Shown: one piece after another, positions 10,938 to 24,739 of the stretch
Layout of the letters: each line of letters begins with the position of its first letter
How positions within the stretch are numbered: the stretch's first letter is position 1
Assembly (NCBI RefSeq): GCF_006345805.1
Contig: NC_043010.1
Coordinates: forward strand, 51,522,001 to 51,586,000
Reading direction: 5' to 3'
DNA length: 64,000 nucleotides
DNA from: Octopus sinensis
Lineage: Eukaryota
The notes under the pieces: model-generated
Database searches by the model: none
Told to the model about the DNA's origin: nothing
Seen by the model: only the letters and a program-made list of their open reading frames with translations
Position numbers and translations under genes: made by a program

Positions 10938-13185
10938 GTATGTTCTCTCTGTTTTTTCTCTCTCCGATTTCATTTTGTCCATCATTCATTTTCTATCAAG
11001 TTTATACTTCTGTTAAACCGTCATCTCTTTTCTCTCTCGAGTGAATTGTATTATACGAAGCGCTTCATCTCCACCAACGTTCCCTTTAATTTGTTTGCTA
11101 TCAGTGTGCACAAAAATTTGCCTGTGTGCAAATTTTGTTTATATTTACAAATTATGTGCGCATTCATGTGAAGAACAATTTGTAAAAAAAAAAATCAGAT
11201 TTCATCCTGCAAAGGTTGTATGCACTCATATTTTCATTTAAGTGCTACTTGTAAAACGTGTCCGTGCGCGCACAGCTGAGAGACAGCATTGCCACAGCTT
11301 CTATTTAATACTTGTTTACCCTCTCCCTTTGCAAATAACACAAGGGCACTGAAATTGTGTCTAAGGCCAGCTGGAGACGTCGATCTCCTGGGGCTAAAAG
11401 CGTCATTAACACCCCACCCCCAGTGGCTAGCCACATTCAGATGGCTAGTACACTTTACAATTTGGTTGTTTCCTATTTTATTACGCCCAAACTAAGCACG
11501 CTTGCAGCATGTAAACGAACTGTGAAGTGTATTTCGCTGTTTTTGTTTCACTTCCGAATCGTTTCGATCTGTTAGTAAAATAGGAAACGACTGTAATACT
11601 TATATACTTTCATCGCCCTCTTCATCGGGGCTAATGCAGTTTCGCACCTCTCCTTGAAACATGCATTTTTTTGAAACTGCATTAGCCCCACTAATTCTTA
11701 ACTCTAGCCAAACCCCTAAACGTGTCCTAATACTGAATTTTCTAAAGATATAATCGCATGCACAGAAGCTGAATCGGACTGTCACTTATTTCTTTTGAAC
11801 TTCTGGGTTTATTCCAATGAGAAAATCAATACTATATTCTTTAGACTGACCGTGTTGAGGAGAGCAGGAACTGTTAATAAAAACTGGTACAAGATAGAAA
11901 GAATACTTGGCGCAGGAGTGGCTCTGTGGTAAGAAGCTTGCTTCCCAAACACATGGTTCCGGGTACTGGTGCTGCAGTGCTGGTGGCACGTAAACGCCCA
12001 GCAGCACACTCTTCTAACTGGTTGGCTTTTGGAAGGGCATCTTGCCATCGAAACCATGCCTCAACAGACAACTGGTGTTTGGACAGCTCCCTGCTAGCCA
12101 GCTCCATATCAAACCGTCCAACCCATGCCGGCGTGGAAAGCAGACGTTAAATGTTGATGATGATGATACAAGACTTATTTTATACAAATGGATACTTGCC
12201 ATAGAGGTGCTAGAAAAGCTGTAATTAAATGTTGGTGCCTAAATGCTCCTTGTAATAATTAAAATAGCGTAACTTTTAATTTTCTCTATTTTACAGGTCT
12301 TTGAGTAAACTTGCAGCATGTTGTCATTTAAAACAAACAGTGATGGTTATCTCCAGCTGTCAGGTGGTAACACAGACAAAGGAGAAGTCACGTAAGTAAT
12401 TGATAATCACTAATACACTTAACCTGCTAGATATAGCAACCAAATCTTGTTCAAATCACAATTTTATCAATAACTAGCAGTATCGCCCGGCATTGCTCGG
12501 ATGTGTTTCGACCCTTTAGAATTGGAATTTTTGAAAAGTAAAAATTTTGCATTATGTGGCTTGTTATTCTCTTTAAGTGAACATTTTTCTAGTTGAAATA
12601 CACCGGAAAATGGCGACACAGCAGTAAAAAAATCATAAAAAATAGGGATTTTCATAGAAAAAAAACACCTTTTTGATGTAAATAATTTTTGGTGTTAACA
12701 TGGTCCGATTTGAATCTTATCTTCTACAGAAGGAAGAGCAAGCCTTCCTCTATCATACTCTCAATTTTGGTCAACTTGCACCGCAGGGTCTCGGAGGAGA
12801 TAGTGTTAGTTGAAGGCTACCAAACCTGCCATACACAGACAACTTCAGCTTTATATATATAGAGATATACAAAAAGGACAGGAAAAGCATGACCAAAACA
12901 TCTTTGATCATGGCTAAACTAGGGCTAAACAATGTACATCATTATCCTTTGTGCCTGCTTTATATGCTTGCATGGATAGGATAGGTTGTAATGGTCTGAA
13001 TCATTTTCTTTATTTGTCTCTGGTCAAAGTTCACATTAATACTACAGTGGTTCAGTTCAGTGTGTGGCACCTTGGACAAGTGTATGCTACTATGGCTTCA
13101 GTCTGCTCAGTGTGCCCTGGAAATGAACTTTGGTAGATGGAAACTGTACACAAGCCTATTGTGCATGTGTGTGTATCTGTGTCTA

Positions 13186-13240
<55 letters not shown>

Positions 13241-16200
13241 CACAAAGTAAGTTAGGGGTTATAGGTGTAACTCACTAAGGGATAGTATTTATCCAATATA
13301 CTGTTGGTAAAGTACCCAGATTCTTAATACATAAATGTTTTTAATTGCAATGCAATTAACTTATTTAATTTATTGTATTAAATGGGTGAAGGTAAAGAAA
13401 TATTTAACCATTAATTTATAATACAAATACAAATAAGAAAATGGAGAAGCAAATTTAGTTTGTTCATCAACTTTCAGATATTAGAATGTTGGATTATTTA
13501 TTCATTTAACAAAATGAGAACCTTAATAGCATACATATATATTTTATATATATATATAGAGGCACAGGTATGGCTGTGTGATAAGAAGCTTGCTTTCCAA
13601 CCACATGATTCCTGGTTCAGTCTCACTGTATGGCACCATGGGCAAATGTCTTCTATAGCCTTGGGCTGACTAAAGCCTTGTGAGTAGATTTGGTAGATGG
13701 AAACTGATAGAAGCTCACCATATATATATATATATATGAATTCCCTATGGCTTTGTGGTTTGAGTTTTTTAGCAATATTTTCACACACTGCATAACTAGC
13801 TTGAGTTACAGTTTCACTTTCTAGAAGTGGCCTTTTGGAAAAATCTTGTCTTTTGGTCAAGTTTTCTTTCATAAGCATTCATAAGCGTTCATATTCTTTC
13901 AAATTTTCATAGATCTTTTACTTACTCACAAAATGCCTCTCAATATTATATTTTTTATGAATGACTACTTGTTCATTGCAAATAAGACAAATGCACTTGT
14001 TATCTATTTCAATGAAAAAATAAAGTTCAGTCCATTTTTCATCAAACCAAGCACGTTCACCAGCACTTCTTTTTTTTTTAGGATTTTTATAACCACTTCC
14101 CATATTGATAAATGTATCGACAAATTGATTTAACAAGGTTATTGTTATAAACCCAAACTCAAATATCAAAGGGTTACAATAAAACGAGCAGAAGTTTCCC
14201 CACCCCTGATCTATCTGGTTTGTTGTTCAACCTACAAGAATTAGTAGAGTCGCTAAATTTAACCAGGTTAGAAGGTAATACTCTTCACTAATGGACTTTA
14301 ATAATGTATCTATCACATACTGGGCGACTGTTTTATGAAATACACTTCATAGTGTCTAGTTTTAAGGGGATAAAATGACAGATGCTCTGTAGTGTAATCA
14401 CTAATACAGTCAGTCTGTAATCAAGAGAAACAGGGTTCATGCCGCACCAGAAGCAGTTAATCCTCATATTGTTGCTTATAATATATATTTGTTTCAAATT
14501 TTAGCACAAGGCCAGCAATTTCGAGGGTGGGGATAAGTCAATTACATTGACCCCAGTGCTCAACTTGTACTTATTTTATCGACCTCTGAATGGTTGAAAG
14601 GCAAAGTTGACTTCAGCAGAATTTGAACTCAGAATGTAGAGACAGATGAAATACCGTTAAGCATTTTGCCCAGCGTATGAACGATTTTGCCAGTTCATTG
14701 CCTTATAATAGATATTAATAATTTCCGACCGAAGCTTTGTGATTGAATTTGGCAGGCGGAAGTTACTGCCGTGTGTGTATATGTGCGTGTAGGTGCTTGT
14801 GCCTCTCCAAAAGAGAGAGAGGGTTCCAGTAATTATCTTATCTTGAATGACTCTTCAACAAATTATTTGTGTTTTTAATTTCTTTTGATACCCTATATTC
14901 TTTTAGGTGATCTCCAGAAAATTGTGATACCCAAGCGAATAAAAAGGTAAGTGTTTTTTATCTATTTATGTTTTACTTTTTACTTGTCTTGGTCACGGGA
15001 CTGTGGCCATGCTGGAGAACCCCTCGACGTGTTTAGGCGAATGAATTGAACCCAAAGCAACGCCAGTTGGAAGATAAACATTACACACATAGACATTATC
15101 ATCATCACCATTGTTTAACATCCGCTTTCTATGCATGTTTGATAGGAGTTGGCCAGGTTGCCAACTCCACCAGACTTCTGTGTCTATTTTGGTATAGTTT
15201 TTACGGTTGGATGCCTTTCCTAACACCAACCACCCTACTGAGGGGACTACATATGTACATACATATGAATGATGGGTTTCTTTCAGTTTCTGTCTTTCAA
15301 ACCTGCTCGCAAGTCGTTGGTTGGCCCAAGGTTATAATAGAAGACACTTGCCCAAGTTATCATGTAATGGAACTGAACCCAGGACCTTATGGCTGGGAAA
15401 TGAGACCCTTAACCACTCAACCATACCTGCATCTTTACCTTTATTTTTGTATCCCTTTTTTTTTTTGTGGTTTTTCCCATCGTAATGGTCTCTATATTTT
15501 CATCCCTGCAACACATTAAAAAAAGTAGAAATTCCAAGGTACCATTTATATATTTCATGCACAACTTTCCCCCACACTCCACCATAGGAGCCATGCAGGC
15601 ATGGAAAAGTGGACGTTAAAACGATGATATTGAGATGGAAGAGGATGATGACAATGATGATGGTGTCAACTTACACTTAGGCACATATTTTTGGTTCTCA
15701 GTGCACAACCACTGTGCAAGAGAAAGATTTGCACACAAGATTTGCAATGCTTATTTTGACCACTTTATTTATTACATTGCTTAGCAGATATCATCATCAT
15801 TTAACATCTGTTTTTCTATGCTGGCATGGATATTGTTGTTGTTGTTGTTAAGCAACAAGACAAGTAAGGGTGACTAGGTGATGGACTAGGGCTTGGGGGC
15901 GGGAGACCTGAGACCTTGGAAAAAAAAAAACTTTGGTCGTCTTGTAGTCGAGGGCTTTTCGTTGACGCCCGACACTACTGGGAGGTGGCCCACGAAGTCG
16001 CTGGAAATGGAGATCTCCGGGTCCAAATTCTTGAACGGTGCTGGCATGGATTGCATGGTTTGGCAGCATCTGGTGAGTCACAGGACCGCATTAAGTTGCA
16101 ATGTCAGCTTTGGCATGGTTCCTATGGCTGGATACCCTTCCTAATACCAACCACTTCAGAGTATGTGCCAGGTGCTTTTCCCATGACACTGGTGCTTGTG

Positions 16201-18611
16201 GGGTTGCCAAGTAACTTGCAAGACAAGAAAGAAATAATGGGAAAATGGATGGAAAAGAAAAAAAAAGATCCTTGACTATGTAGGGGAGTCTTTGAGCAGT
16301 GGAGATGAGATTTTATGTCGTGGACAAGTGTAGGCATTTTGCTATGAAGAATATACGTAGTCAGACCACCTGTGCATACCTTCCTTCTTGTGACACTTGT
16401 GAAGACCTGTTGAGGCAAGTGAAAATCAAATCAAATCAAAACAAATCAAAATAGATGAACATCAATGGAATTTGTATCTTTGTGGTACCAGTGCCGGTGG
16501 CACACAAGAAAACCATCCGAACGTGGCCTTAGCCAGTACCGCATCGACTGGCCTCCGTGCTGTGGGCACGTAACAAACAACATCCGAGCGTGGCCGTTCG
16601 CCAGCCTCGTCTGGCACCTGTGTCGGTGGCACATAAAAACACCATCCGAGCGTGGCCGTCTGCCAGCCTCGTCTGGCACCTGTGTCGGTGGCACATAAAA
16701 AACACCATCCGAGCGTGGCCGTTCGCCAGCCTCGTCTGGCACCTGTGTCGCTGGCACATAAAATCACCCACTACACTCTTGGAGTGGTTGGCGTTAGGAA
16801 GGGCATCCAGCTGTAGAAACACTGCCAGATCTGACTGACCTGGTGCAGCCTTCGGGCTCCCCAGACCCCAGTTGAACCGTCCAACCCATGCTAGCATGGA
16901 AAGCGGACGTTAAATGATGATGATGATCCCATATTCACTTTATCTATTGTTATGCTGTTTTCTCATTTTAGTTATACATGTTTATTTTCTTCTCTTTTTA
17001 AAATCAGAGGTCCCACTGATATTCTGGATGCCTTGTCACAAACAGTTGGAAAGGTGAGTATTTGTCTTTCAAGAGTATAAATATGTGGCTTAGATTTGAT
17101 TGTCTCACTGGATACTGTCTTCGGAGTCTCTGAACCATCTATCTCCTGTCAATAAATACCGTAAATCCTCGAGTATAATCCGCATTTTTTCCCCAAAATT
17201 TAAAGGTCAAAATGCCTAGTGCGTACTATATACGAGGTAAAAAATGAAAATTATTTTCTTAGCAATGTCCAAGACTCTATTTGCTGTCCGACAATGTTTA
17301 TTCAGACGCATTTTGTGATGTCGGGCGCGAAAATACCGTAAGGTAAGCCTGAAAGCAATGAAGTCATAAAAGAATCATCCATAACTTGCAATAAGCAACA
17401 TTTATTAAACGTTATTACTGTTATTTCTTTATTTTCTGCAAACAAAATGCACAAAAATGCTACACATTTGCATTATCTTATATATACAATAATAATAAAG
17501 GACATTACTGTATACAGTTTTACAAACCAAGGACATTATATAGACCTCCTTGACTCAAGTTAGAATAGGGGTGCTTATTATACACAAGGTTTAGGTTTTT
17601 CAGAGGTACAGCCCCCTAAAAATCCCCTGCGGACTATACTCGAGGATTTACGGTACTGCAGTTCCACTTGTCATTACAGTGAATGTTTCTCGAGTGTATT
17701 CAAGTATAGAGAGTTACTTTATCGAGTTTCAGTTCTCCTTCTCTCCCAAACAGCAATTCAAACAATTGGGAATAAGCTTTGAAACAGCTGAAGAATTTAT
17801 TATAAAGTGGTTGGTGTTAGGAAGAGCATTCACTGTAGAAACTGAGCCAAACAGACTATGCAATCCAGTGCAGCTTTCTGTCAGGCTAGCCAACCCATGC
17901 TGGCATGGAAAACGGATGTTAATTAATGATGATGATAATGATATATATATATATTCTTTTACTCTTTTACTTGTTTCAGTCATTTGACTGCGGCCATGTT
18001 GGAGCACCGCCTTTAGTCGGGCAAATTGACCCCAGGACTTATTCTTTGTAAGCCTAGTACTTATTCTATCGGTCTCTTTTACTGAACCGCTAGGTTACTG
18101 GGACGTAAACACACCAGCATCGATTGTCAAGCGATGTTGGTGGGACAAACACACACACACACACACATATATGCATATACACATACACGAAAGGCTTCTT
18201 TCAGTTTCTGTTTACCAAATCCACTCGCAAGGCTTTGGTCAGCCCGAGGCTATAGCAGAAGACACCCAAGGTGACACGTAGTGGGACTGAACCCGGAACT
18301 GTGTGGTTGGTAAGCAAGCTACTTACCACACAGCCACTCCTGCACCTATATATGTATATATATATGTGTGTGTGTATAGCATCATAGATCATCGTCATCA
18401 TCATAATTTAACATCCAAGTTCCAAGCTGGCATGGGTTGGACTGCTGATTTTTTTATCCCTTGTGTTTTACTTGTTTTTAGTCATTGGACTATGGCAGTG
18501 CTAGGGTACTGCCTTGAAGATATACACGCACACACATTCATATATTCCATACATATTTTGTGTGTACAGTTAGATGTATGATTACAACTGTATGAGTTAG
18601 AGTTCCATGTA

Positions 18612-18687
<76 letters not shown>

Positions 18688-18709
18688 TGTATATATATAT
18701 ATATATATA

Positions 18710-18749
<40 letters not shown>

Positions 18750-18764
18750 CACACACACACACAC

Positions 18765-18802
<38 letters not shown>

Positions 18803-21800
18803 AATATACTGTTAGATATCTGCATCTTTGTAAGTATTAGAAATAATATTTTATCTATAACAGTTTCAGAAAATATATTTTGTTTTTACCATTTCAGGAT
18901 TATACAGCTCCAGCATATCGCTATATAGATGATCCTTATCTTATCCCCACCAGTACCTATGCCAAAGTAAGTGTTAGCTTTTTCAAACTCAGCCAAGATG
19001 GTTACCAAGGTGAGGGTTTTCTTGATGTCCATGTTAATATTGACTTATTCTATCCTTCTTATTCTCTGTTAACTCATCTGTTGGGAATTTATTTCCAGAA
19101 CTGTAGGGTTAACCCTTCAGAGACAAGCATCTTATCCGCCAGAAGTGTTTTACCTTCCATCTGTTTAACAACTCAGAAACTTGGTCTAAGTACTAGTACA
19201 GTTGATCTTAGAGGGCTGTGAATGAATCGATAAACATTCAGACTCTATATCAGGCATGGGTAACCTTTTTTGAGAAGTGGGCTGTATGGGATGTGGTTTG
19301 TTATCAGGAAGGCCATACTACTAAAAATATTCAGAGAACTTTTTTGTTAAGCATGTTACCCAGAAGGTCCAACAGGCCATGGTTTGCCTATAACTGCTCT
19401 TTATAAACAAAACACTTTTTTGTATTACAATGACTGCTGTAAATAAGAGAGAACTGTATACTGTGTATGGTATCTTTTTTATAGATTGGGTTCTGATCTT
19501 TTATGAGTTTTGTTGCCTCCAAGAACAATACCCTAGCATTGCTGACTGAATATGAACTGTTCAGCAGCCAATATTCTTATGTTTAAGCAAGACGTCACTC
19601 CTGTGATCCACTGGGCAAATGTTTGTCTCCAGTTTCTGTAGCCTTAAGGAGATGAGTCATGAGCCATAGCTAGGTTTTTCCATCAATGACACTGAACTTA
19701 GTATTGCAAGCCAAGATATATCTATCAATTTGCTATGGTAATGAATAACTCTTTTCATATCAAACCCACTTGAGGCTGCTTCTTGTTTCACAATTCAAAA
19801 ACCTCTCCTTTTCAATTCTAATCATATTGTACAGATCTGCAATCTGATTTAGCAGATCTATGATCAGAATCTATCATATGTGCTCTTCCATCTTTTTTTA
19901 AAGAAAAGGGTGTAGTTTGAAGGAAACGTGGCTGCTATTTCTAGCAGATAATGACCAGAGAGAGCAGGGGTCCATATAAAATTTTGTCATTAAAATTTAT
20001 GTGCAATAAACTGGTTATATTTCTACAATACACAAAATATTTTACACAAAATTCCTAATAATATTTAATCATAAAAACATAATAGACATGGAATGGGTAT
20101 GAGGGTCCCACCTCCTGAGTAAAATAGGAATCGGAGCAGTCCATAAGCAAAAAATGGTTGAGAACCATTGACACAGAGGTTCTTTTGTTGGTTTGTGCTT
20201 ATCAGAAACCTTTATTTTCCAACATTGGCTTAATAATGACAAAGTTATTTGATTATTTGAAAAACAGACACAGTGCATTTTAATCAAAACTAGCAATATA
20301 ATCCGGCTTTGCACGGGATTAAGTTCGGATTATCAAGTTCTTTATTTCAAACTAAACTAAGTACCATCGACATCAAATTTGGGCGAAATCTGTTGAAATT
20401 GGTTTATATATATATATATATATATATATGGGCAACACACACGTATGTACATACACCTACTGCATACATGTTTTTTGTATGCATACATGTTCGTGTGTGT
20501 TGCCCGTATATCAACAAAATACTTTTTTCTTCGATGGAAAAAAAACAACAAAAGTCTTAAAAACTTACTCGTCACTAGAAAGGGACTTAACTCCCATTTG
20601 CAAACAATGGCAATTTCTCCGACTTGAAAATTGTTAAATATGTTGGTTGAAAATTTATTTTTACAGTTATTTGCTGGTGTCTGGTAAAAATAAGTTGACA
20701 AAAATACAGCTAGGGTCATGACGAATGTCATCCTAAAATTGGAGCGACATGCGTGCTAATTTGTGGATATGCATAAATTACATTCACGTACACACACACA
20801 CACACGCACACACACATCTTGCCTTTTATATATACAAAGGTGCAGACATGGCTGTGTGGTTGAGAAATTTGGTTCCCCAAATTTCTATATTCTTATGATA
20901 TCAACAAAATGAATTATATTTTTCTATACTTTTCAGAGAATTTATGCATTATCTAAAGCCTCTGGAAGAAAGACCGCTAACTACATGTTACAGAAATTTC
21001 CAAAGAACTTCAGTCATAATCCAGCAGTTCCTCATGTACCGGTTAGTTTTTCTTTCTTTCTTTTATTCTTTTACTATTTTCAGTCATTTGACTGTGGCCA
21101 TGCTGGAGCACCACCTTTAGTCTAACAAATCAACCCCAGGACTTATTCTTTGTAAGCCTAGTACTTATTCTATCTGTCTCTCTTGCCAAACCACTAAGTT
21201 ACAGGGACGTAAACAAACCATTCGAACACATTTCTCTCCTGTGACATCACAATTTTCTCTCACACACTGTCTTGCAATCCGAAATACCTCAGTTCTTTGG
21301 TTCTATATATATCATCATCATCATCATCATCATTTAACGTCCGCTTTCCATGCTAGCATGGGTTGGACGGTTCAACTGGGGTCTGGGGAGCCCCAAAGCT
21401 GCACCAGTCCAGTCAGATCTGGCAGTGTTTCTACAGCTGGATGCCCTTCCTAACGCCAACCACTCCGAGAGTGTAGTGGGTGATTTTATGTGCCACCGAC
21501 ACAGGTGCCAGACGAGGCTGGCAAACGGCCACGCTCGGATGGTGTTTTTTATGTGCCACCGACACAGGTGCCAGACGAGGCTGGCAGACGGCCACGCTCG
21601 GATGGTGTTTTTATGTGCCACCGACACAGGTGCCAGATGAGGCTGGCACACGGCCACGATCGGATGGTGTTTGTTACGTGCCCACAGCACGGAGGCCAGT
21701 CGATGCGGTACTGGCTACGGCCACATTCGGATGGTTTTCTTGTGTGCCACGTGCCACCGGCACTGGTACCACAAAGATACAAATTCCATTGATGTTCATC

Positions 21801-23099
21801 TATTTTGATTTGTTTTGATATATATATATTATATATATATATATACACACACAAAAATTAGGAAATAGATTGTTCCTGGAAGTTGTTTCTTATATCTGCA
21901 ATGGATTACACCTTGATCCTTGCATCTTACCTTTATATACATACACAGACACGCACATGTATGTATGTATGTATGCATGCATGCATGTATGTGTCGTGTC
22001 TGTATATATGACACAAATCAAATAATACAGGAAACTCTTTTCCAATATTTGGATGGCTTCTAGTCCTCCATGTCAGTTAACTTTTTTCTCAACTACAACT
22101 TTAATCTTTATGCTCTCCAACACCAGTGACTTCACAAATACATCAAGCTGATGTATTGCTTCTGAAAAAAAAAGGAAGGAAGCATAAAAAAATCATCCAG
22201 TTCAGTCATTAGATAGTAAAAGTAAGTGGCCTATTTTGTGGTCAGGTCAACAGATTTATGATTACAAGGTTGTGGTTTCAATTTCCAGTCCATTCCACTG
22301 AGGTTAACTTTGTCTTTTGTCCTTTCGGGGTCGATAAAAGAAGTACCAGTTGAGCACTGGGGTCAATTTAATTGACTAAACCCCTCTCCCCTCCCCTAAA
22401 ATTGCCGGCCTTGCACCAAAATTTGAAACCAATATAATGCTACATCTGTTGTTGTTTATTTACTTTTGTTTTCTCTTTGTTTAGAGCTTCATGCCTCACG
22501 TAGAGAAGGGATTCCATAAAGCTCCAGCGAACGAGTCAACTTTGTTGGAATGTGTGAAGCTGCGTAAAGTTACCAGTGCCATGGCAGTCTATGACAGAGT
22601 TCTTGCTGGAGGTAATAATCTTTGAATCTCTGAAAGAGTTTTAAATCTGACCATCAATTTTTTTTTTTAGGGAAACTTCCTATGTAATGGAGTGGGACAT
22701 TGTATTTAAGTGTCCAGGTTGAAATAATTCTCTCAATACGGATGGGAATAGAATTGGATTACTCACCCTTTTGATACCACTCTGCCCAAGTCTGCTCTTA
22801 CATCTGTCATACAAACTTTCTATATAATATATTCTAAATTAAAATTTCATGTTAATTTATGTTTCAGCACTCAGCTTAATAATGATAAAGATATTTTACT
22901 AAATTCTTCATTATTTTCAAAATTAATTGAAGTAAAGGCGCAGGAGTGGCTGTGTGGTAAGTAGCTTGCTTACCAACCACATGGTTCCGGGTTCAGTCCC
23001 AATGTGTGGCACCTTGGGCAAGGGTCTTCAACTATAGCCTCGGGCCGACCAAAGCCTTGTGAGTGGATTTGGTAGACGGAAACTGAAAGAAGCCCATCA

Positions 23100-23130
<31 letters not shown>

Positions 23131-23832
23131 CGTGACGCATATTTGCCATTTGAATATGGCTAACCCCTAAGGGTGGATGCTACTGTAGTTTGTAGCCCCA
23201 GGAAGATACCTCCTCCAGCTGGCTATAGACACACTTTCTGTGCCCTATCAGTATTTGTGAAGGGAAGTCATCCTTCCCGTCTTCAACTTATGATACACAC
23301 GGACTCGAGTTTCAAGGTGTTTACCTATCATCAGCGTGTGACAATCATGGTTGTCGACGAGAATTCAGTTTCCCTCACAAATACATATACTTTTTCCAGT
23401 GTCGATTGATATTGATATTGAAAAAGTGAAATCAAACAATGATAAATCTCAGAGCGAGTTATAAACAGTAGTGGTAACACATCATGACGCATATTTGCCA
23501 TTTGAATATGGCTAACCCCTAAGGGTGGATGCTACTGTAGTTTGTAGCCCCAGGATTCTCGTCGACAACTATGATTGTCACACGCTGATGATAGGTAAAC
23601 ACCTTGAAACTCGAGTCCATGTGTATCAAGTTGAAGACGGGAAGGATGACTTCCCTTCACAAATACTGATAGGGCACAGAAAGTGTGTCTATAGCCAGCT
23701 GGAGGAAATATCTTCCTGGGGCTACAAACTACAGTAGCATCCACCCTTAGGGGTTAGCCATATTCAAATGGCAAATATGCGTCACGATGTGTTACCGCTA
23801 CTGTTTATAACTCGCTCTGAGATTTATCATTG

Positions 23833-23894
<62 letters not shown>

Positions 23895-24682
23895 TTGTGT
23901 GTCTGTGTTTGTCCCCCGACATCGCTTGACAACCGATGCTGGTGTCTTTATGTCCTTGTAACTTAGCGGTTTGGCAAAAGAGATCAATAGAATAAGTCCT
24001 GGGGTCGATTTGCTTGACTAAAGGCAGTGCTCCAGCATGGCCACAGTCAAATGACTGAAACAAGTAAAAGAGTAAAGAGGGTGTATTTCAATAGAAATAT
24101 GATAACGAAAGGGTTAAATTTTACTTTTGTAGTTGTGAATTCTTTCATTGGTAGCCTTCTTAGGCTATCTCATCTGACAGTTTTAGTTGATTTTATTGAT
24201 TTCTGTACTTTATTTGAACTTTATTGAAGAACTGGACCCACTTTGGTATAAAATTACCTATCTGAGTACCTAAAACTCTCAAAGTATTTTCATTGAGCTC
24301 ATCCCTTGCTGACATACACATGGCTCTGTAGTTAAAAAGTTTGCTTTCCAGCCATGTGGTTTCAGGTTCAGTCCCACTGTGTGGCACCTTGGGCAAGAGT
24401 TTTCTTCTATAACCCTGTAATGACCAAATATCTTGTGAGTGAATTTGGTAGATGGAAACTGAAAGAAACCCATAGTAAATGTGTGTGTGTGTATGCAGCA
24501 TTTTGTGTATCTTTATGTTCTTAGTTTATATTCCACCAAGATTGACTTTGCCTTTCATGCTTTCAGGGTCGATGAAATAAGTTATCAGTTAAGTACTGGG
24601 TTACATGTAATTGACTGGCCCCCTTTCTCCAAAATTTCAAGTCTTGTGTCTGAAGTAGAAGGATTGTTATTTAATGGTATGC

Positions 24683-24739
<57 letters not shown>

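Larger units (their letters stand above)
23131..23834. mobile_element. Penelope-like pseudo-LTR / retrozyme-type insertion with nested inverted repeats, inserted in the (TA)n centre of a SINE
   Basis: 23131-23364 is the reverse complement of 23555-23786; 23435-23554 is the reverse complement of ~23717-23834. Each long arm carries a hammerhead, and (TA)n flanks both sides. Confidence 0.7.
22937..24075 (+). mobile_element. SINE family A split by the hammerhead-bearing insertion
   Basis: Head half 22937-23100; tail half 23860-24075. Confidence 0.8.

Noticed and set aside
16446-16897. Regularly spaced ~60-bp repeats that look CRISPR-like, with overlapping ORFs (also 21334-21854 and 33437-33879)
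   Set aside because: Units are head-to-tail with no unique spacers, lie inside a dispersed SINE in a eukaryotic intron, and have no cas genes nearby
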